Source: Amoebidium appalachense | Lineage: Eukaryota > Protista > Ichthyosporea | Length of the DNA stretch: 64,000 nucleotides | Direction: 5' to 3' | Assembly (NCBI GenBank): GCA_963693365.1 | Contig: CAVNZM010000001.1 | Coordinates: 1-64,000, forward strand | In this document: positions 36,412-49,677 of the stretch, in pieces | Numbering within the stretch: position 1 is the stretch's first letter | Layout: each line of letters opens with the position of its first letter | The notes under the pieces: generated by a model | Database searches by the model: none | What the model saw: only the letters and a program-made list of their open reading frames with translations | What the model was told of the DNA's origin: nothing | Made by a program: the position numbers and the translations under genes

Positions 36412-39400
36412 AAGGCACACAAGATCCTTGCCCGTGCCAGCAACCAAATCAAGATCTGCCGTGATGTGATCTTCGACGAGTTAAAATTCACGAGCAGCAC
36501 CAATCAGGTCCCCGTTCCCCCCAAACCCGATCTGCCGACATTGGACCCCCCCTCCGACGACGACGATGAAACTCCGTCTGTGGTCATCTCCCAACCGTCC
36601 TGGCACAACCAACCAGCCCCGGTTGAACCCGTGTCTCCCCCGAGCCCCCCCCCCCACTGGCCAACAACCCTTGCTGCCGCCCCCCCCGTTGCTGTACATC
36701 AACCCGGCTACATGACTCCGGTTCGTCCTGGGTCCCCCACCTTCCACTCGGCCTCGAGCAGCCCTGTGGACACCGATGCCCCCCTCACCACCGGTCCTAT
36801 TCCTGGCTTCCATGCCCCTATCCCGGCCTCCACCACCTACCCGGCCACCACCCCCCTCAAGGACCCCCCCAAGCCCAACCTTCGTCGGTCTACACGTCTC
36901 ACCAAGACTCCAACGGCACTGGTCAGCATCATGGCACCGACCATCAACATTGACCAGCTCCCCAAGGGCATTCAAAAGCTTTGCAACGGTCCCAACGGTG
37001 ATGCCGTCATAGCTGCCCTCACCTCCGAGTACCAAGCCTTCATCACCAAGGATGTCTTCACCATTGTTGATCCTCCCCCTAATGCCAACATCATCAAGTT
37101 CAAGTGGATTGTGACTGAGAAAGTCCTCAACTCAGCCGGTGACACCAAGATCAAAGCTCGTGGTGTTGCAAAGGGCTTCACTCAAGTCTACGGTGTTGAC
37201 TACGGTGACACCTCTTCCCCCGTGGTGATGTCCTCCTCCGTCCGTGCCCTCCTTGCCATCGGTGTGGACGGCAACCATGAGATTCATCAACTCGACGTCT
37301 CAACTGCCTTCCTCAACAGTCCTCTTCAAGAAGACATCTACATTGAGCCACCACCTGGCTTCATCACCCCCGGCAACGAACACAAGGTCTGGAAACTTAA
37401 GAAGGCACTCTACGGCCTCAAGCAAGCATCACTGGCCTGGTATGAGTACTTCGACAAGGTCCTCCTTGCCCACGGTCTCGAACGTCTCCGTTCAGATCCA
37501 TGTGTCTACATCAAGACCTTCCCCAACGGTGACATCATCCTCACTGGCAACTATGTGGACGACGTCATCATCATCTGCACGGCCAACTCTTCCCACACCA
37601 AGGATCTAGTAGACCACATTATGAAGTCAGCTCTCTGCAAGGTTGACCTTCCCGACATCTTCCTTGGCACCCAGCTCATCCACACCCCCGGTCACCTCAA
37701 GCTGCTTCAACAATCCCACATCAACGACATCGTCAGAGACTTCAACCTCAACGATGCTCACCCCAAGGCTACTCCCATTCCCGTCGGCACCGTCATCACC
37801 ATCAACGAGAACGACTCACCACCCATCAAGGTTCCCTACCGTGAACTACTCGGCCGTCTTTTGTGGGTTGCTCGTTGTTCCCGGCCCGACATCTCCTTTG
37901 CCATCGGCTACCTCGGTAGATTCAGTGCCAACCCCACCAAACTTGCATGGGAATGTCTACTCCGTGTAGTTTGGTACCTAATCGGCACTTCCAACCTCGG
38001 CCTTCACTACGACAAGTCTGCTTCCGATGACAACACCCCCTTGCTGGAGTGTTATTCTGATGCTGACTTTGCCAACTGCCCCAACACCCGTCGTTCAACC
38101 ACCGGATACGTCATCTTCTTCAAGGGCATACCCATCACATGGTATTCGAAGCTACAGTCCATCACGGCAACATCCACCACCGAGGCTGAGCTTCTGGCCA
38201 TCAGTGCTGCTGTTCAAAACGTCATCTGGCACCGTGATCTCCTCCGTGAACTCGGCTACCCGATGACCGACCCCACCCCCGTCTACTGTGACAACCAGTC
38301 CACCATTGCCCTCCTGCACACCAACAGCATCAAGCACCGGACCAAACACATTGCAGTCCGGTACCACAACACGAAGGACTACATCAAGAGTGGGGATGTG
38401 GTCGTCACCTACGTGTCCAGCAAAGACAACGTGGCTGACATCTTCACCAAGCCCCTGCCCGGGCCCTCCCACGAGCATCACCGTGATTCACTCAGTCTTC
38501 ATGACTGAGTGTGCCCCCCCCCCCTCCCCCCCCCCCCCCCGTTTCATCTACAGTGGTCTTCAAGTAGGTTGGGGCACTGGCCAGTGGTCTACACATCACC
38601 GTGTAGAGACACCTCCCAACGAAAGTCTACTGCTGTCTTCATCCATCTTCAGTATGTGCATCTTCAGTGGGGATTTCTTCTCCACCATCCGTCGTTTATT
38701 TATATACCATCATATATATAATGTATAGATCATTAGCCACCAACACGTCACACATACACTAGTTGTTTTCTTCTATATATATTTATATATCGTCATTGGC
38801 TACCGTCATCTTCCGAGTCTTCAGAGGCAACCGTCGTTGTGTGCTTCTTCCGTTTTGGTTTTCTTCCCCGGCTTGCACCTTCAAGTCTTCTCCATTGTCT
38901 TCTCGAGGGGGGAAACTTGACTGTGACTTCACGGCACCTACTTCTACATGTGTGAGAGTCTTAACATCAACAGTCACATCAACAAACTTCACGAGAACCC
39001 AACTTCCAACCCTTGAGTGGGGATGTCATCTTCACTTGATTCTCAGCAAGACTTAGAAGTTGAGTTTTGTATTTATTTATTAGTTGTTGTAGTTTGTTTC
39101 CTTTTCCTTTCTTCATTTCTTTCTTTCTTTCCCGTTTCCGTGTACACGACATCTTAGATCTGTGTACGTATCGACATACTTAGCTCGCGCACACGTATTG
39201 TCGTTTGCGTCAAAATCTATATATGTCATCCAATCATATCTCGTTTGTATTTTTCCAAATATAGTAACTTACATTCCTTTCTCATTCCTTTCCCACGACG
39301 TAGCATTGTGCTATGTTCTTCAACTATTAGGAATAATTATATTTAGACGTGTTATGATAAGAACATGTATAAATGTATGTTATGAATTAATAGTTATATA

Positions 39401-39960
39401 AGTGGTTTCATTTTGTTAAATGTTTCCGTGCTTTTATTAGAAGTTTCTTTCATTAGAGGATTGAGTTTTATATTCTATGTGTCGACAGACATTTTAATCG
39501 ATATATTTTACACTCATAGTTTTCGTTCTTTTGATTGGTTTATCGTTTCACATTCCCAAGTATAAAAGGGACCTCATCTTGAAATAAATCGTAAGCAGTC
39601 GTATTCATTTCCTATGGTTCCAGAAATCGTTCCACCTCTCCGGTTGTGCTTCTCCCGTGTGTCTCTGTGTTGTGTATTACATAACACCCATCTGTGCTCT
39701 CTGCTTCTCCGTTTACCCACACAAAATAACAAAGATATCTGTGCACACGGAAACGGAAAGGAAAGAAAGAAAGGAAAAGGGAAAAGGGAACGAACAACAA
39801 CAAACTAATAAACAAATGTAAAACTCAACTTCTAAGTCTTGCCGTTAATCATGGGTATTCCCCCCCCCCCCCCCCCCCCCCCCCCTCTCTCCCTTCCTCT
39901 CTTTCATGCTCTCGATTGCTTTACAGCCCCTGACCTCCCCGGGCCCCATGTCCCCCCCCC

Positions 39961-39962
<2 letters not shown>

Positions 39963-40016
<54 letters not shown>

Positions 40017-40030
40017 GACACACAAACACA

Positions 40031-40081
<51 letters not shown>

Positions 40082-40123
40082 ACGCACACGCACACGCACA
40101 CGCACACACACCACACATATACA

Positions 40124-40180
<57 letters not shown>
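39963..40180. repeat. Compound (CA)n microsatellite
   Basis: Visible dinucleotide run with CACACG variants. Confidence 0.95.
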
Positions 40181-40182
<2 letters not shown>

Positions 40183-40270
40183 GATCTTGCACCTCTGCCC
40201 GCTGCAGCTCCATCAGTTCTCCTTTTGGTTTGGCCTGATAAAAACAGATCCAAGGACCCGCCCCAAACAC

Positions 40271-40301
<31 letters not shown>

Positions 40302-40630
40302 CGCACGCACCCCCTCCCCACCCCCGCACCCCCCATCCTCGCCCCTTCTAGCCTCACTGTTGTAAACCCCCCATATAAAATAAAGCAATCGTGGCGGGAG
40401 GGTGTCTTGTGTGTTGGGAGATGGGGTGGTGGTGGCTGGTGGGTGGGGAGGGGGGAGGGGGGCGGGGGCGGGGGGGAGGGGGGGGGGGGGGAGTATTTTA
40501 GGTAACGCGTTTTTAAAACGTGTGTCTGCAGGCACCCAAGATCGGCAAGGCCGAGACAGCCAACCCTGACCATGAACACCACGAAGAACACGACGAATGA
40601 TGGGGCGCATAATGCAGACCACTGAAAATA

Positions 40631-40813
<183 letters not shown>

Positions 40814-41190
40814 CTTAGGTAGGGAGGGAAGGGGGAGAGGGGGGGAGGGGGGGGGGGGGAGGGGGGGGGGACATCCACCCCTCCTGCTGCAAGGACTATC
40901 GAGGATCATGCGACAAGAAATTTGTAAACACTCTACATACTCGAACACCGTCTATTGCAACGAACATTGCCGTGGTTTCCTCCAAAATCGGTCTAATGCT
41001 TCCCACGAGGCCTCCTCTCCCCGGGGGCCGTTTAGAAAGAGTTTCCTGCACTATCTAGCTCATTCACCCCTGAAGCTTTCCACTGTAAGTGCACGTAAGG
41101 CGATTGGCTTCTTTATGCTGCCTACTCCTGAAGTACTCTTGGTACCGTACCACAGTAGACCTCACTGGCATCAGCGAGAACACAAAATGC

Positions 41191-41504
<314 letters not shown>

Positions 41505-43061
41505 GTTCTCTGCATGACCGTACCGTACCTACATAAGCATGTATTACCACATGTACACACATTCTCGGTGTACACATGAGTACCTGCACGCGTACCGTAT
41601 CCCAATACAGTCACGCACACCGTGACTCTACTATACATCCGGATCATCCAAGTGTCTGATTCCAAAAGTGACACACTATCTACAGGGATCATTCAGTTAC
41701 GAGTTATTCATAGGTCATGTAGACTGATAATGCGGAAGGTTTTTTAAAACATAAAGGATTACTGAAAGATCTAGGGGATAAAGAGGCTGGGGGGAAATCA
41801 CACGAACCCTGGGGGGGGGGGGGGGGGGGGGAGGGGGGGAGGGGGGATGGCCTATGACTTCCCTGTGCACAACTTGACTCACTTCGTGAAGTCACAGGGA
41901 GATGACAGCTTTTTTGCTCCTCAACGGAATCCACGGAGGGAAGAGTTTGTTCGCTTCCCATATTACACGAGAAGTGAGTTGTGTTTCAAATCGTGTGGCA
42001 CGTGGCAAATAGCAGTAGAGTGAGGGTGCGGGTTTTATTTTAACGAAGTTCGCGACACCCTCCGAAGTTGTTGCTACGTACGTTTGTGTGTGTGTTACGT
42101 TTGTGCATATATTTGAGCCACTGCGGGTGAATCTTGAGTTCATGTGTTCCGGTGTGTGCAAACGTGCCGGTGGTGGTGGTCACGGTTGTGGTAGTTGGGA
42201 GAGGAGGGGGGGGGGGGAGGTCATTAATTTGGGCGTCACAAGGTTTGGCAGCCGAAAAAAATCATATTCGATTTTAGATACATAAGCATCCGCGAGAAAA
42301 ACGCCCCCCGTCGGGTTCCGTGCAGACTGAAGCTTAGACATCCTCGTGGCCAGATGGGGCAATCTAGTCACTCTTGCGGCCTCCTACCAGTTTTTCTGTA
42401 CTTATATAGGCCGAGACTTTTTTCTTTGCCATGCAAATGTCTCCGTTATATGTGCAACCTTATATACCAATCTTTTCAACACTTGTATTTTGGCTTTATT
42501 GAGGCAAGCTCCAAAAAACGGTTTACAGACTTTCTTGGTTTTTCACAGTGTCCTCCAAGTGTTGTAAAGAACATGTTTTCATGCTTGTCTCCTCCGAGTG
42601 ATTGTTTCCTTTTCCCCGGGATATATCTGCGCGCGCGATATCTCACTTTTTTGTATTCTTTCACGAGCACATCAATGTCATTAAAAAAAAAAAAAAAAAA
42701 AAAATACATACGGGCAGGAGCCACCAAAAACCGATTACAACGCCAAGACATAAACATTTTTGCATATTTATACCACATATCATCAGGAATAAATGAATCT
42801 ATGAAGGAACGAAACTCTCCAACCGTATCCGCCATGTATGCCTACCAATGTTAGTAGCTGGAACAATAAGGAACAAAAATATACAGGTGTTATGGGGTAT
42901 ACCGAGAATGATCGCGAATTCGGATCGGACAAACAGTCACAGACACACAGACATACACAAGAGTACACACGCCCGCACGTTCAAGCCTTCTCCCCCACAT
43001 GCACCCCTCATTCTATCTGCAACTCTTTGTGCCAAGTCATCTGCCCCTGTGTTTATCACAA

Positions 43062-43097
<36 letters not shown>

Positions 43098-43433
43098 CCC
43101 CCCCCCCTCGCTCCACCCCCCCCACCCCCTCCCCCCTCCTCCTACTCCTACTCACACAGGCTGCCCACACCCACCCAACCACCGCAACCCCCTTCCCCTG
43201 CCTCCCTCCTTGCGCATACCGCGATCCATGGAAACCACTCCCGCATTGGTCCACATAAAACCAACCATGTTAGAGAATGACGTCATGTCCTTGCAATTTG
43301 CAACCCACCAGGCTGACCGTCTTCCTTGGCGCTCCTCAGCTCGGGTGGCTCCGAGGATACTGTATCAACCCTTCACTTTACCCCACCCACCGCGATGCGA
43401 TATCCCTGCACAGCAAACATAGCCAAACCGGGA

Positions 43434-46400
43434 ATGGCACACGAGCCTGAATATGTTTCGACAGCAGTCCATCTGCGCATTAAAGAAGGGGATGACACAG
43501 ACTACACATCCCCTGCAGCGGCAGGCCCGACTTGTTTAACAAGAGTTCGAAACCAACACAAACGAGATTTCGTTGCATGTGGAAAGAGATCACTGGACAT
43601 GCGCGATTCTTATTTCAGCTCTTTGGTATCGATGATGGCAGCTTTCATTATTTTATGCTTTTCACTTCATTTCTATAGCCAAACAGTTACCAACTGGGAT
43701 TCGGTGCTCGAGCAAGGCGCTTACAGAGACTATGAAAGCCTCTCAGCTAGGGCGAAGGGGAAACCCGTAACCTATCGTCACCCGGAAGTTGCAGCAGCGA
43801 CAGCAAGCACAACAACAGGTTCTGCAGCTCAAGGTATAAATCGCGGAACAGCCACCACAAGTCAAACCACCAAACGTCAACCGCATGCCGGCGGTGACAC
43901 TTCTCCAACAAACTTCGCCACTGTGCTCACCTCCACTACTACTAATACGGAAACACAAGCGAGTAAAACTCTTAATATTCATGGATACCCAACTATGGCA
44001 CCATCACTGTTTCAAGAAGCAGATCACCAAGAAGTGCACAGCGAGATTTCAGACCAGGATGCTGCTCTCCAAAAAGAAGGTAAGCTCTACAATATCTTAG
44101 AGAAAGCCCCACTTACATATCTAACCCGACATCACAGGTGCAGTAGTCCCTAATCATTTCAAAAGCACCTGCATGCATTTAAACGTCGGCTGCTTGGTGC
44201 TGTTGGGGGATATAGTCTTAACGATAAGCGTTGACAGATGGTTTGGTTGCAAACAAAATGAGCAAGGTCGTCACACAAAGTGGTGGTACACCATTTTCAG
44301 TACATGCTCCGGGTTCGGCTACACAAGCCTTGAGAGGGTATAGCAAAGTTTAGCCTTGAACTACCTCACATACATTTACATAGAAGTATTATACTATAAC
44401 TTCAGCAATTGTGCGCTGCAGAATGCCCTGAAGAATGTTAGCCGTAAGAGACAGAGTTCCTATGTTCACTGATTAGATAGATTGGGTTGGTTTAGCAGGG
44501 TTTAAGAGTATACAACAGTATCTACGCTATGGTCCTGTTGTATGTGATGCGTTAGCCATACCTGATTTCAAGATCGTTCCTTTCTTTGTCTGGCCTGGTG
44601 AGTTGGATTAATTGCTTTCGCACACTCCCTCTTATGGAAAACGTTCCTGTGCAGAGGCAGGTGTGATGCCAGGTATGACAGATCCGTTTGTGGACACTTC
44701 ATCGTGCCAAAGATGTGACGTTGTTTTGGCCTACACTGGGTCCGAAGACACCTCCGTTTATAATAGCACGGTCATCAGTCATAATGTTGGAGGGATAGTT
44801 ACCGTTACCCTCATCGCAAAAACCTATGACGGAAAAAACCGTACTTATGGTGGTGACACTTTCCGTTGCCAACTGCGGAATATTGTTCCGGATGTGGTTG
44901 AGGAAACTGAATATCGCTCATTTGCTTACAGTTACGATCACTGCAACGGTACCTACACTTGTCAGTTCGACATGCGTTATGCTCCGCCTGGTGAGTATGC
45001 AGTCCGAATTGCACACTTATTGGATAAATATCTGCACGAGGCCCGCACTCTGATGAGCCCTGCGTGTGGTGCTACAGTGGGGAGCGTGTACTTGCCTCCG
45101 GAAAAATTTATGGCCATCGGTGCCCGGTACGGTGTCGGTGAGGTAAGTAAGCTTTGTGTCGTCTCACTGTGTTACTGCAGCATAACATACTCTTATATGA
45201 CACTAAGAAATGTATTTGGTGTACCTTTGAAAAAGAGGGCCAACTTTCATGTGAAGGAACTAGTTAGGTTGGGAAGGCTCGTACATGAAAAACTAGAACA
45301 GCCATGTGGATGACTTAGTTTTTAAGGGTACCAAACCGAAAGGCCTTGAAGTATTAATATTTCAGAGATTGTGGGTGAACGTGGGTAAGTTAATGTAACT
45401 CAGGGAAGTTACGTTTAGGGAGCTGCTGTACACTCTGCTTGAACAAGCAAAAAGGATGTGGAAAACGCCCAAAAGAGACAAATGCACAAAGGCACAACCA
45501 CTTACCTACCGCAGAAATATGCGGTCCGAGGTACATGTAAAAATATGCATGCACACCGGCGGCCACTTGCACACGCACAAGCATCACGGCCACAAATACA
45601 TGCAAGCACAAACGGCACAAGGACAAGCACAACGAAACATGCACAGAACACACAAATGCACATGCTATACACACGCCTTGCAACAGATGCCCACATGCCC
45701 AGACGAACACACAAATATACGTGCACACGGCTTTGCAGACACATACCAAAAACAGATTCTGGCTTCAATAGTAATCGACGTGGAGAGGAATTGGATACTT
45801 GTTATTATAATAACAAGTTAGCATGGCATGTGGGATTTGCACATGACACTGTGGTTTGCACATATATTACGAAGTTTCCATGCCGAGCGTGTTTCACAAC
45901 GTCACACTGCCGTGCTGTACTGAACCGAAGACACCCCCTGCAGATCGAGTTCAATAACACACCTGCTCGTGTGAGTGTTGGCAACCCAGCTCGGCTTGAC
46001 CTGCAAGCGCTTCCACAGTGCACCCTATCAAGCCCATCTACCGGGCGTTGGATATCCCCCCAGTCGTGCACCACACCAGACAGCACGTGCCGTGTCGGCG
46101 ACCAACGTTACCATGTCAAAGACACAGCTGTATGGGCACCTTTAGAATGCTCACTTCGCTACATCAATCCTGATGACTTTGCAAGGAAGGCCAAAGAGGC
46201 TAACGAGACGAAAATTCTGGTTCTGGGTGACAGCCGATCACGGAATGTGTTCCACTCACTGGTGCAGTTTTTCAGTGGCTACACCCCTGACCCGGCAACC
46301 GGAATAATTGACTCCATTAATGTAGGTGTGCCCTGTGTGCCGCAAAACATGGTTCAGTGCACATTTTTTCAGTAGTTTCCTTGGTGAGGGTGGTGTCGAG

Positions 46401-47892
46401 TAGATGATTGTGAGTCTAGTCCCCGGCAAAGGGTTGTGGCAAGTATGCACATGGGACGAAGCACAAGCCAGATTGAAAAATCACTTGTCAAGTAAATAGA
46501 GGAAAGGGAGCAAGACATGCCATTGCGATTTACATTGCAAGCCATGCTGCCTTTTTTGGTTGCACTTGAGAGAGTATCAAGACACAATCACATTACATTT
46601 GGCCTCCTATCCGGATAAACATACATGTATAGGTCCCAGTAGGCCTTGCTGCTTGTTCTTTGTCGTTGCTCTTTTAAGGGTAACAAGGTGCAATACATGC
46701 GTAAGTCCCAACCGACAGTTGTCAACAACATCTCAGTCTAACAGGTATTATAGATAACTGACGTAAGAACAGCATATGCTAATTACAGGAGGCCCAATTC
46801 AGATAGCCTACATCACGAACAGCATATGCTTGCAATGAAACGGTAATAATAAATTATTCTTCCCACACATTCCTATCAAGCCAGAGACGGCATTCTTTTC
46901 TCTATCGACGGAGGCTATCGTCAAACAATGTAGGCAAAACCGAAAAAGGAGATCACTCAGTTTATACATGCAAAGCTGGTCAGAGCATCTGGTCATGGTC
47001 GTGATGTGTGACGTGAAATACCGGCCTCGATTTCGCTACCAATAACACCACAATTGCAAAATGTCACCTTAGACTGTGCACGCCATAACTATGCTTTTCC
47101 TCCTTTGCTCCTTTGGTTGAAATAGAGCCAAATATCAGCTATTCAAAGGGTGTAAAACTTGGTGCGTTCACTTTATGTTTCTGACATTCTATTCCGCAGC
47201 ACACAGGACTTCCACTGGCGAAGGAGCTACCAATCAACATGACCAAATGGGGGAGAACACAGCATGCATCACGTCCCGAAACATACTCGGCACTTGGTAT
47301 TAATATCACATATTATAATAGCTATGGCACCCAACCTTTTTCAAATCGGTTTCCATGCCCAGAACACCGCTCGTTAGATGAACAAAAATGGTACATCAAT
47401 GCACAAAACCTGGTCAAGGGAACTTGGTTCGAGAACTTCATTCTGTTCTTTTCCCTCCCTCAACAATATCACCCTGACGTACTTATCTTTCAAGATGGTG
47501 GGCTCCATGATATGTTCAATAGTGTTTCCGAATCGCAATACATTCACAATGTAAAGATCATTATAAAACTCATTAGAAATTATTTCAAGGGCAAGCGAGC
47601 CATTTACGTGACCCTCCCAGCGGCCTATGTGCGAAATCAGTTTCAGATGAAAGCGGAGTGTTCGGCATATAACCAATGGAGAAGAGTCCACATCGGCAAG
47701 AGGCTGTTTTCAGTTGCAGGTTTCGATGTGTGGGACATCCATCAGATGACGGCGACTCGTGCAGACCGCTACTTTGATGCCGTTCACTTTCACTTCAACT
47801 TGGATGGGGCTCGACCATGGAATGTCGTTCCTAATTTGCTGGCCCACGAAATCGTGCAGGACTTGGCCAATAGAATGTACATGTGGCCCTGA
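43434..47892 (+). CDS. Host gene, NXPE/PC-esterase-like SGNH acyltransferase or esterase, type II membrane (~734 aa); exons 43434-44079, 44655-45142, 45944-46321, 47200-47892
   Basis: GT-AG introns with consistent phases 1, 0, 0; TM helix SLVSMMAAFIILCFSLHFY; Thr-rich stem; Ig/filamin-like YGGDTF and NGTY; LVLGDSRSR, GLHD and DAVH motifs. Start could be the ATG at 43395; exon 2 acceptor could be 44661. Confidence 0.82.
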
Positions 47893-48229
47893 GCTGCTTG
47901 CCACAGCGCCTCTGTAAAGTGCCGTACAATTTCGCCATGCAATGACGCCCCCCGTTGCTCTCCTGAAGGCCAAAACTATTGCAGGCCGTATACACATCAA
48001 TAAAAGGTGAACAACTTGATACAAATAGTTCATGCGTAGAATATGTCTTTATCTGTGTGTTGTAAAGAATAAAATGGCATGTTCCCACATATCTGCACAT
48101 GTTATGAATAAGTGATTTGGCACACTTTGCCAACCACATCAGAGACCTTCTACAAAACTTATCAAACTTGAATCCCGAGTTCACGCGGAGGGGGGGGGGG
48201 GGGGGGGGGGGGAAAGCACCTGCATGACG

Positions 48230-48626
48230 TGTTACGATATGAAATATCTTCTGTGTGACTTGTGATCATCTCCCGTGCATTGCATCTTAGACTGGCAGAG
48301 TTCGGCCTTAGTCGGACTTTCCCAAATAGATCCGGCCGCATGGAAACATCTAGTATGCCAATAGTTGATCTCCTGTAATCCGATTGGGTCCTGAGCTAGC
48401 CAATCAGATTAGTGTTTCCTGTATGCTAAGGCATATAAACCCGATGGCTGCGCCATTCCGATCACTGTACAGTTCTACGACTATAGAATAACACCAACCC
48501 TCCGACTTCTCTGTCCTGTGGCAACGCCAGCTGGGAGCCTGATCAACTCTTCTGCCGGCGCTTCGTCTGTACTCTGTTTTGCTCTATTTCTTCACTGGTG
48601 ATGGGCCCAGCACGCTTCCACTGCGA
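48230..48626 (+). mobile_element. Probable orphan 5' LTR (48230-48594) with long tRNAiMet-complementary PBS
   Basis: tgtt start, CCAAT and TATAAA, CA end, then ggtgatgggcccagcacgcttccactgcg; no partner LTR seen. Confidence 0.5.
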
Positions 48627-49027
48627 TCCGCCTGTCTTCGAGTCCAGGCCGTTACTCCATTCGAAGTTCTGTCCGTTCCGTCACGGCCCTCTGAAAAAAA
48701 GACGGCCTGGCCGCAGAACGGGGTCAAAAGAGCAGATTGGTATTTCGATCCACCGGATTCGCTAGCAAACTACTATCAGTGCGCAGATTATGAAGGAAAA
48801 CGGAAGGAAAAAAAAAACGACAAAAGTTTATGAAGTGCTTCCTATGTTCTAGGGCGTTTTTTTGTCTTAGAGTAATATGCGCAAGCCCTATAGCACAAAG
48901 TTTTGGCATAGTGTACATAATAGTGTAGCTGAGTCTCAGTATAGTTATGAGTTACAACCAACCCTCAAAAATTCCTGCATACGTGCTTCATGAATTTCAC
49001 ACGCTGTCGCTCTCTCCCCCCCCTCTT

Positions 49028-49127
<100 letters not shown>

Positions 49128-49677
49128 CCCCTCCCCCCCCCCCCCCCCCTCCCCCGTCTCTCTCTCTCCCTCTTAGCCCTACCTCCCTATCTCCGAATCT
49201 CCCTATTTCACTCGGACATGCAAATGCACATACACTGCACAGAAAATGGCATAGACATTTGTCTCCAAAAGCCCGTTTAAGCATCACCATGAACAGGCTA
49301 TGAAAACAGGCTATGGAATAATGCCAGTCGAGATACGTACCCGTCTTTGACATCACGAGCGGTTCGCTTTCTGAATCACTTGACACGTCGTTTTAGAGAC
49401 TGTTGGTGTCACCATCTGATTTGCTGGCCACACTGCCGGGGTTCTTGATGTTGTCGTTGTTGCTATTGCTGTCTGCGCTGTTGATGTCTGCATTGTGAAT
49501 GTCAGTCCGAGTTCAGGGCCAATGCTCAGATAATGATTCGAAATGATTTTGTTGGTGTGGGTGGGGAAGCCTCAGAAGGAGTTTGTAACTTCTTTCAAGT
49601 CGAAAATTTTATCACCATTGTCGTTTTTCTGCCCATACCCATAGGAAATGTGGAGGTGGTGGTGGTTGTGGTGTTTG

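Larger units (their letters stand above)
29935..38508 (+). pseudogene. gag-pol: Copia A2 gag-pol interrupted by TRIM (gag) and non-autonomous B element (integrase)
   Basis: Pieces 29935-30696, 31420-32930 and 36417-38508 contain all copia motifs including YVDD. Confidence 0.92.
29152..39731 (+). mobile_element. Full-length copia A2 (LTRs 29152-29859 and 39024-39731) with two nested insertions
   Basis: 708-bp LTRs, TSD AAGAT, PBS, PPT. Confidence 0.95.
28311..39855 (-). mobile_element. Older copia A-subfamily fragment A4 (gag start, PBS, 5' LTR in 28497-29151 plus 39737-~39855)
   Basis: LTR halves rejoin across A2 at TSD AAGAT. Confidence 0.8.

Noticed and set aside
49330-49677. Host exon disrupted by copia B2
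   Set aside because: The Thr-rich minus frame contains stops and no supportable gene model
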